From IMG/VR virus record IMGVR_UViG_3300044712_000810, positions 1 through 64,000 of that record: a stretch of DNA of 64,000 nt; one strand, written 5' to 3'. The notes below the pieces were generated by a model, which saw nothing but the letters and a program-made list of their open reading frames with translations, was not told where the DNA came from and did no database searches. The position numbers and the translations under genes were made by a program. Positions 39,116 to 43,950 of this stretch are shown piece by piece. Every line of letters starts with the position of its first letter. The stretch's first letter is position 1.

Positions 39116-39338
39116 GGAAGGTATCAGAAAAACGTTCAACGCACATGAAATGCACCCGAGTTAACACTCGTGTAGGTTCGAGTCCTACCCTTGGCACCAA
39201 TCATGGGGACCATCTAGAGAGAAAGTCGAAAGACCGCTTCAAAAGATAGCAATTAAATTTGCAGGTACCCTCCAAATTTTGCCGAGGTGGCGGAATTGGT
39301 AGACGCAGGTAAAAACAATGTTTTTCATCAGTCCTTCC
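39116..39338 (+). ncRNA. Scaffold RNA unit 2 enclosing a circularly permuted tRNA-Leu-like body
   Basis: GGAAGG/CCTTCC; 3' half 39154-39199 (variable arm, T arm, CCTTGGC-A-CCA) precedes 5' half 39281-39310 (GCCGAGGTGGCGGAATTGGTAGACGCA). Confidence 0.85.
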
Positions 39339-39347
39339 GACTTATTT

Positions 39348-39425
39348 TGTGGAGTAGAGTAGTCTGGTCTAACTCGTAGGTCTCATAAGCCTAGTACACA
39401 GGTTCAAATCCTGTCTCCGCAACCA
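39348..39425 (+). tRNA. tRNA-Met(CAT), initiator-like sequence
   Basis: TGTGGAG/CTCCGCA, D stem GAGT/ACTC, TAGGT-CTCATAA-GCCTA, ACAGG-TTCAAAT-CCTGT, ACCA end. Confidence 0.9.
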
Positions 39426-39429
39426 CTTT

Positions 39430-39523
39430 TGAAAGGTAATCCGACAAGATTCAACGTTACCATTATACGTCTATCGGGCAACTCGACGCCCGATCGAAAC
39501 CGTCTTGTCATCTAGTCCTTTCA
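39430..39523 (+). ncRNA. Scaffold RNA unit 3
   Basis: TGAAAGG/CCTTTCA; GACAAGAT/GTCTTGTC; TTCAACG; insert hairpin ATCGGGC/GCCCGAT. Confidence 0.8.
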
Positions 39524-39529
39524 CCCTTT

Positions 39530-39592
39530 TGCAAGGTAAATGAATCTGGATTCAACGGAAAACTGAAAACACCAGATTTAACAGTCCTTGCA
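39530..39592 (+). ncRNA. Scaffold RNA unit 4 (minimal; possible Phe GAA loop CTGAAAA)
   Basis: TGCAAGG/CCTTGCA; AATCTGG/CCAGATT; TTCAACG. Confidence 0.8.
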
Positions 39593-39612
39593 CTTAAAAT
39601 TTCTCACAACTT

Positions 39613-39757
39613 TTGAGAGGTAACCCCGAGTAGGTTCAACGCTATATGGAAGCCGGTGTCATCGGTTCGAATCCGATCTCCTCCATCACAAATCTTTTGG
39701 GGGAGTAGCTCAGTCTGGTAGAGCACGAAAAACAATCTGCTCAATTAGTCCTCTCAA
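39613..39757 (+). ncRNA. Scaffold RNA unit 5 enclosing a circularly permuted tRNA-Ala-like body
   Basis: TTGAGAGG/CCTCTCAA; T arm ATCGG-TTCGAAT-CCGAT and CTCCTCC-A (39661-39685) precede GGGGGAGTAGCTCAGTCTGGTAGAGCAC (from 39699); G3:U70. Confidence 0.85.
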
Positions 39758-39771
39758 CTTTTAAAAATTTT

Positions 39772-39846
39772 GGTCTAGTAGCTTAATGGTAGAGCACCTG
39801 CCTGTCGAGCAGCAAGATGTCGGTTCAAATCCGATCTAGATCGCCA
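39772..39846 (+). tRNA. tRNA-Asp(GTC), atypical anticodon arm
   Basis: GGTCTAG/CTAGATC, loop CTGTCGA, GTCGG-TTCAAAT-CCGAT, G73 and CCA. Confidence 0.85.
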
Positions 39847-39851
39847 TCTTT

Positions 39852-39970
39852 TGCAAGGTAACCCCGTGTGGTTTCAACGGAAACTAACAAGTCATCAAAA
39901 CTGGTTACAGTAGGATTCGAAGCCTACAACACCTTCGGGTGAAACGAGCCACACAAACCATGTCCTTGCA
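39852..39970 (+). ncRNA. Scaffold RNA unit 6 (T-arm-like and UUCG hairpins)
   Basis: TGCAAGG/CCTTGCA; GTGTGGTTT/GAGCCACAC; GTAGG-ATTCGAAG-CCTAC; CACC-TTCG-GGTG. Confidence 0.8.
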
Positions 39971-39981
39971 CTTAAAATTTT

Positions 39982-40067
39982 GGGGATGTTACACAAGCGG
40001 CAACGTGACCTGGCTGTAACCCAGGTGCCTTCGGGCTTCAGAGGTTCGAGTCCTCTCTTCCCCACCA
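39982..40067 (+). tRNA. tRNA-Tyr(GTA)
   Basis: GGGGATG/CTTCCCC, CCTGG-CTGTAAC-CCAGG, long variable arm, AGAGG-TTCGAGT-CCTCT, ACCA. Confidence 0.92.
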
Positions 40068-40085
40068 TTATAATTTGGAGATATT

Positions 40086-40481
40086 ATGTTTGATTTCAAT
40101 AAATGCGACAATCCAAAAAAGCAAGGTAATATTGGAATTGGTATCGCAATCGCATGGTTCGTAAAAAATGGTTGTACCGTATCTATTCCATTAACAGATT
40201 GTCAAGAATATGATCTTGTCATCGATGATATTAATGGAAAATTATACAAAGTTCAAGTTAAAACTACAACATTTAAAGAATTTAATACTTATAAAATTAA
40301 CTTAAAAACCTGTGGTGGCAATCAAAGTTTTAATACAATTAAAAAATTCGATAAAACGAAAGTAGATTTATTATTCATTGTTACCTGTGAAGGTGATATG
40401 TATTTAATTCCAACAAATAAAATAACACAAACAAATTGTTTAAAACTTGGTGAAAAATATCAAGACTGTAAAGTTACTTAA
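40086..40481 (+). CDS. Free-standing PD-(D/E)XK endonuclease (I-Ssp6803I/PDDEXK_5-like)
   Basis: KQGNIG...VSIPL.D...YDLVID...LYKVQVKT...KVDLLFI. Confidence 0.8.
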   Translation: MFDFNKCDNPKKQGNIGIGIAIAWFVKNGCTVSIPLTDCQEYDLVIDDINGKLYKVQVKTTTFKEFNTYKINLKTCGGNQSFNTIKKFDKTKVDLLFIVTCEGDMYLIPTNKITQTNCLKLGEKYQDCKVT

Positions 40482-40494
40482 AATTTCCACTTAT

Positions 40495-40577
40495 TTGAAG
40501 GGTAAACCGACAAGTTTCAACGCTCATAACGTATTCGCGCCATCTTGCGAATCTAACTTGTCACGCAGTCCCTTCAA
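40495..40577 (+). ncRNA. Scaffold RNA unit 7 (Met CAU anticodon-loop cargo)
   Basis: TTGAAGGG/CCCTTCAA; GACAAGTT/AACTTGTC; CAAC-G-CTCATAA-C. Confidence 0.8.
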
Positions 40578-40583
40578 CTTTTT

Positions 40584-40654
40584 TGTGAGGTATCAGTAAT
40601 AAGTTTCAACGCCCCTTGCACGAGCCTAAAACGCTTATTACACAAGTCCTCACA
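40584..40654 (+). ncRNA. Scaffold RNA unit 8 (Ala UGC anticodon-loop cargo)
   Basis: TGTGAGG/CCTCACA; same inner stem as unit 1; GCCC-CTTGCAC-GAGC. Confidence 0.8.
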
Positions 40655-40671
40655 TTTAAATTTCCAAATTT

Positions 40672-40805
40672 TGGAAGGTATCAAGAAACATCCAACGTTA
40701 ACTCCAAACCGGGGGTTATGGTTCAAGTCCATACATTTTGCCAAATAAGGCAGTGTAATGTAATGTAGCATACCGGTTCAACGCAGTTTCTTAAAAGTCC
40801 TTCCA
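40672..40805 (+). ncRNA. Scaffold RNA unit 9 enclosing a permuted tRNA-Trp-like body
   Basis: TGGAAGG/CCTTCCA; CTCCAAA-CCGG, T arm TATGG-TTCAAGT-CCATA, closed acceptor hairpin, then D arm ATGT/GCAT and CCGGT. Confidence 0.75.
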
Positions 40806-40812
40806 CATTTTT

Positions 40813-40880
40813 TGCGAGGTATTCTTCCAGGATTCAACGATCCTCTAAATCGAAAACGACCCTGGATATCAGTCCTCGCG
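40813..40880 (+). ncRNA. Scaffold RNA unit 10 (CGAT-CCTCTAA-ATCG stem-loop, Arg UCU-like)
   Basis: TGCGAGG/CCTCGCG; TCCAGG/CCTGGA; TTCAACG. Confidence 0.8.
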
Positions 40881-40900
40881 ACTTTTTTAAGGAGAACCAC

Positions 40901-41077
40901 ATGTGTAAAGATGAATGCACTTGCGAAGTCAAGTGTCCAATCTGTCAAGAATTGATAGATAAACATGGTGGATTATATCCAAACCAAGAAACAATCAAAG
41001 CCATCGAAGAAGTTCGAAACGGCAAAACAAAAACATTTAATTCAGTTGAAGAGTTATTTAACGAATTACACAAATAA
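40901..41077 (+). CDS. 58-aa protein: Cys-rich N-terminus plus DinJ/RelB-type C-terminal toxin-binding segment (not in ORF track)
   Basis: AAGGAG RBS; hand translation MCKDECTCEVKCPICQELIDKHGGLYPNQETIKAIEEVRNGKTKTFNSVEELFNELHK; followed by terminator CGGGTC-TTCG-GACCC. Confidence 0.75.
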   Translation: MCKDECTCEVKCPICQELIDKHGGLYPNQETIKAIEEVRNGKTKTFNSVEELFNELHK

Positions 41078-41114
41078 CCGGGTCTTCGGACCCAATTTTT
41101 ATTTTTACCTAAAG

Positions 41115-41126
41115 TCATATAGAAAT
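41115..41126 (+). promoter_or_regulatory. TCATATAGAAAT putative promoter
   Basis: Follows the terminator at ~41079-41100. Confidence 0.65.
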
Positions 41127-41282
41127 AGTACAAATACCGAACTTTTTGTTTTTAATATTTGCAGTTTTTACATAGAAATATTTTATTAGAAGTATTGATT
41201 TATCAATACGACAAGATATGTAGTTCTTTGGATTTTGGCTCTCTCAAGGCGCATATCTTGTTGTTTTACTTTAGGAGGATTC

Positions 41283-41552
41283 ATGTCAATTACGCGTAGA
41301 GAAGTAACAAAAACTGTTATTGAGATGACGGATGTAACTTGTGATATTTGTGGTAAAACATATACTTTTGATGCAGATAAAAAACATGAAAATGATGATT
41401 GGATTGAAACGCAAGAATTTCATTATATAAGTTTTCGAGGCGGCTACGGCTCCATATTTGGAGACGGTGATACTGTAACCTGTGATATCTGTCAACATTG
41501 TTTAAAAGACAAGTTGGGAGAATATCTCAAAATCAATGAGGGAGATCTTTAA
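41283..41552 (+). CDS. Small zinc-finger-like hypothetical protein
   Basis: AGGAGG RBS; CDICG...CDICQHC. Confidence 0.7.
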   Translation: MSITRREVTKTVIEMTDVTCDICGKTYTFDADKKHENDDWIETQEFHYISFRGGYGSIFGDGDTVTCDICQHCLKDKLGEYLKINEGDL

Positions 41553-41645
41553 TTGAAAAAACTAAACCTGCCAGATCCCGGAGTCTAGGTCCTATCAGGA
41601 CAGGACTCCTCTGCGTCCAACAACTCAGATAGGAGATACCGTCCT

Positions 41646-42173
41646 ATGAATTTCGTAATTGTATTAAACGCTAACTACGAAATACACCAGAAGGTTAGCG
41701 TAAAACAATGTCTAAGTATGATCAGGCGTCAAGTTGTTGAAGTTATTAAATACTCTGACAAAGTTATTACTACATGCAAAGAGAAGATTCAAATTCCTCT
41801 TATAGTACGTTTAATAACTGTAGTTAGAAAAGTATTTAAAAACAAGATACAATTCACAAAGAAAAACCTTTTTGTACGCGACCAATACATGTGTGCGTAC
41901 TGTGCCCAAAAATTCGAAAGTAAACAACTTTCGGTCGATCATATCCTTCCGGAATCGAGAGGAGGTCCGACTTCTTGGGAAAACTGTGTAACAGCCTGTG
42001 TCAAGTGTAACAACAAGAAAGACAACAAGACACCAAGAGAAGCCGGAATGTTTCTCAAATTCAAACCATTCGAACCAACCATAGCCGAATTCGTGAAACT
42101 AAAAGTAACACAAGACGGACTTGAAAAGTTTGTTAAAGAAATATTTGACCAACTTATGGACGAATGCAAATAA
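41646..42173 (+). CDS. HNH endonuclease (McrA-like)
   Basis: RDQYMCAYC...VDHILPESRGG...WENCVTACVKCNNKK. Confidence 0.92.
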   Translation: MNFVIVLNANYEIHQKVSVKQCLSMIRRQVVEVIKYSDKVITTCKEKIQIPLIVRLITVVRKVFKNKIQFTKKNLFVRDQYMCAYCAQKFESKQLSVDHILPESRGGPTSWENCVTACVKCNNKKDNKTPREAGMFLKFKPFEPTIAEFVKLKVTQDGLEKFVKEIFDQLMDECK

Positions 42174-42217
42174 CAACGTGGGGGCGAAAGCCCCCATTTT
42201 TAGCTGGAGACAAAATC

Positions 42218-42511
42218 ATGTCAAAAACACTAAGTTTTAACAAACCCGAAGATTCAATTTACATTGATGATGTAAAAAGTGAAGATTTTATAACATGTCA
42301 TAATTATGTATTATGCATACAGGATGACACTAAAAAATATATATGGTTTGATGTAGAATCAGCATCTGTTAGTCCTAGAACATTTAATACTATCGAAGAT
42401 GCCGTAATATTTTTAAAAAATAAACATGTTGATGATGAAGAAAAAGTTCTCGTGCATAATAAGCATGATGAATATTTCAGCGAATTAATAAGAATTATAG
42501 AATCACTATAA
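42218..42511 (+). CDS. Hypothetical protein
   Basis: GGAG RBS before ATG 42218. Confidence 0.65.
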   Translation: MSKTLSFNKPEDSIYIDDVKSEDFITCHNYVLCIQDDTKKYIWFDVESASVSPRTFNTIEDAVIFLKNKHVDDEEKVLVHNKHDEYFSELIRIIESL

Positions 42512-42525
42512 ACTTGGAGTCAACC

Positions 42526-43629
42526 ATGTCGTGTCTGGATAAATGCGCATTTCTTATTCCATATACTCAAATAGAGGCAGGTGCACAAACACAATTGTGC
42601 AACTATTTAAAAGAACCATTTTGCCTCCGCGCAGCTGTAATGCCAGACATCCATACCGGATATGCGTTACCAGTTGGTGCGGTTGTATTGCTCGAAGGAG
42701 TAATATCACCAGCAGCAGTTGGTGTTGATATAGGTTGCGGAATGTGTTGTATTCGTACAGATGTTCCGATCAAACATATCAAAGGAAAAGAAGAAAAACT
42801 ATTTAAACAAATATATTCTACTATTCCAGTTGGATTTGGTAGTCATGCAAAAAAAAGAGACTATCCTGATTTCAAATCAGCAATACTGGATAAAAAACTG
42901 GATGCAGCAATAAATTTAAAATTAAAAGAACAACTTGGAACTCTCGGTGGTGGGAATCACTTTATTGAAATTGGTGAAACACGAGAAGGAAATATAGGAA
43001 TTACTATTCATAGTGGATCACGTAATGCTGGAAAGCAAATATGTGATCATTACTGTGCATTAGCTAAAAAAATTCATACTGAATTAAAAGGTGACTTTCT
43101 ATTCTTCGATCGTGATGAAGGAAAGGCATACTTTCAAGATATGAACTTTATGTTATCATATGCATTAGAAAATCGTTTAAATATGATGGTTGACATTCTT
43201 GATATACTTGGGTTGGATCAAAATCTACTCAAGGAAATCATTAATGAGAATCATAATCATGCCGAAGATCTAGATGGAAAGATTCTGCATCGTAAAGGTG
43301 CAACACCAGCAGCAAAAGACCAATTGGGTGTTATCCCAGGTAATATGCGCGACGGTGTATATATAACTAAAGGTCTTGGCAACGACAAATATCTGTCAAG
43401 TGCAAGTCATGGAGCCGGTCGTAAAGGTTCTAGAACTTGGGCAAAACAAAAAGATACAGTCGAAACATTTGCAAAACTAATGAATGGTATTGTCGCGAAA
43501 GTTGACAAACATACATTGGATGAAGCACCTTGGGCATATAAAAAGATCGAGGATGTAATTAAAGCACAAGAAGGAATTGTGGTTGATATTATCGATCACA
43601 TTAGACCAATCATTAACATCAAAGGATAG
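42526..43629 (+). CDS. rtcB: RtcB 2',3'-cyclic-phosphate/5'-OH RNA ligase
   Basis: MPDIHTG, VGVDIGCG, LGTLGGGNHFIE, IHSGSR, NENHNH, HRKGATP, SASHGAGR, DEAPWAYK. Confidence 0.95.
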   Translation: MSCLDKCAFLIPYTQIEAGAQTQLCNYLKEPFCLRAAVMPDIHTGYALPVGAVVLLEGVISPAAVGVDIGCGMCCIRTDVPIKHIKGKEEKLFKQIYSTIPVGFGSHAKKRDYPDFKSAILDKKLDAAINLKLKEQLGTLGGGNHFIEIGETREGNIGITIHSGSRNAGKQICDHYCALAKKIHTELKGDFLFFDRDEGKAYFQDMNFMLSYALENRLNMMVDILDILGLDQNLLKEIINENHNHAEDLDGKILHRKGATPAAKDQLGVIPGNMRDGVYITKGLGNDKYLSSASHGAGRKGSRTWAKQKDTVETFAKLMNGIVAKVDKHTLDEAPWAYKKIEDVIKAQEGIVVDIIDHIRPIINIKG

Positions 43630-43632
43630 CAT

Positions 43633-43947
43633 ATGATTCTCTACTTTGACAGTAATGAGTTTAATGAAGTTAAAAAGATTTGGGCAAGAGAAGCAATCGA
43701 ACTTGATAAGTTTGATTACGATATTGAAAATCCAAAATATGATGAAGTTATTGCAAAATCTCTTTATGATGTTGCAAAGATTTGTCCTGAACTCGGTGAT
43801 CGTCAAATTTGGGAAGATTTCGTTACTGAAATGTTTGAGAATTGTAACGATTGTGAACCTGAAGATGTCGAAGGTATTGATGTGACAAAATTTATTGCAT
43901 CGTATGATGACATTGATATTGATCCTCTTATCAAACGCGCAGCTTAA
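43633..43947 (+). CDS. Hypothetical acidic protein
   Basis: Tightly packed between rtcB and the AAA gene. Confidence 0.7.
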   Translation: MILYFDSNEFNEVKKIWAREAIELDKFDYDIENPKYDEVIAKSLYDVAKICPELGDRQIWEDFVTEMFENCNDCEPEDVEGIDVTKFIASYDDIDIDPLIKRAA

Positions 43948-43950
43948 AAT

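Noticed and set aside
39222-39234. YrlA-type GNCGAAG Ro-binding motif in the unit 2 linker (GTCGAAAG)
   Set aside because: More simply a GTC-GAAA-GAC tetraloop hairpin like many terminators in this genome, and it is not at an RNA 5' end
39031-39249. 72-aa ORF and the minus-strand ORFs at 40574-41133 in the ORF track
   Set aside because: They overlap structured RNA units, lack RBSs and do not resemble known proteins; the real coding gene there is the 40901-41077 ORF
39613-39757. Unit 5 as a two-piece tmRNA
   Set aside because: It has G3:U70 but is only ~145 nt, with no pseudoknots or plausible tag reading frame, and it keeps a normal D stem
39116-40805. Permuted tRNA genes that are spliced into normal decoding tRNAs
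   Set aside because: Joining the halves does not rebuild a 5-bp anticodon stem with a 7-nt loop (3 bp in unit 2, 2 bp in unit 5, a 6-nt loop in unit 9), and no bulge-helix-bulge motif is visible
40842-40849. Amber-suppressor loop (CTCTAAA) implying stop-codon reassignment
   Set aside because: The perfect stem CGAT/ATCG sets the loop as CCTCTAA, there is no tRNA body, and recognisable genes end normally at TAG, TGA and TAA under code 11
39032-40880. CRISPR array interpretation of the repeated units
   Set aside because: The conserved parts are complementary halves that covary rather than identical direct repeats, the inserts vary from a few nt to ~170 nt, and no cas gene is recognisable
39032-40880. 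Hairpin ribozyme suggested by the recurring AGUC
   Set aside because: The opposite strand is GUA rather than the required AGAA loop-A strand and no loop B is visible; no hammerhead core (CUGANGA/GAAA) either. Self-cleavage was not tested
41553-41645. TTG-started in-frame extension of the HNH gene through a TAG (readthrough)
   Set aside because: Being in frame has a one-in-three chance, the HNH gene has its own AGGAG RBS, and the extension looks non-protein-like
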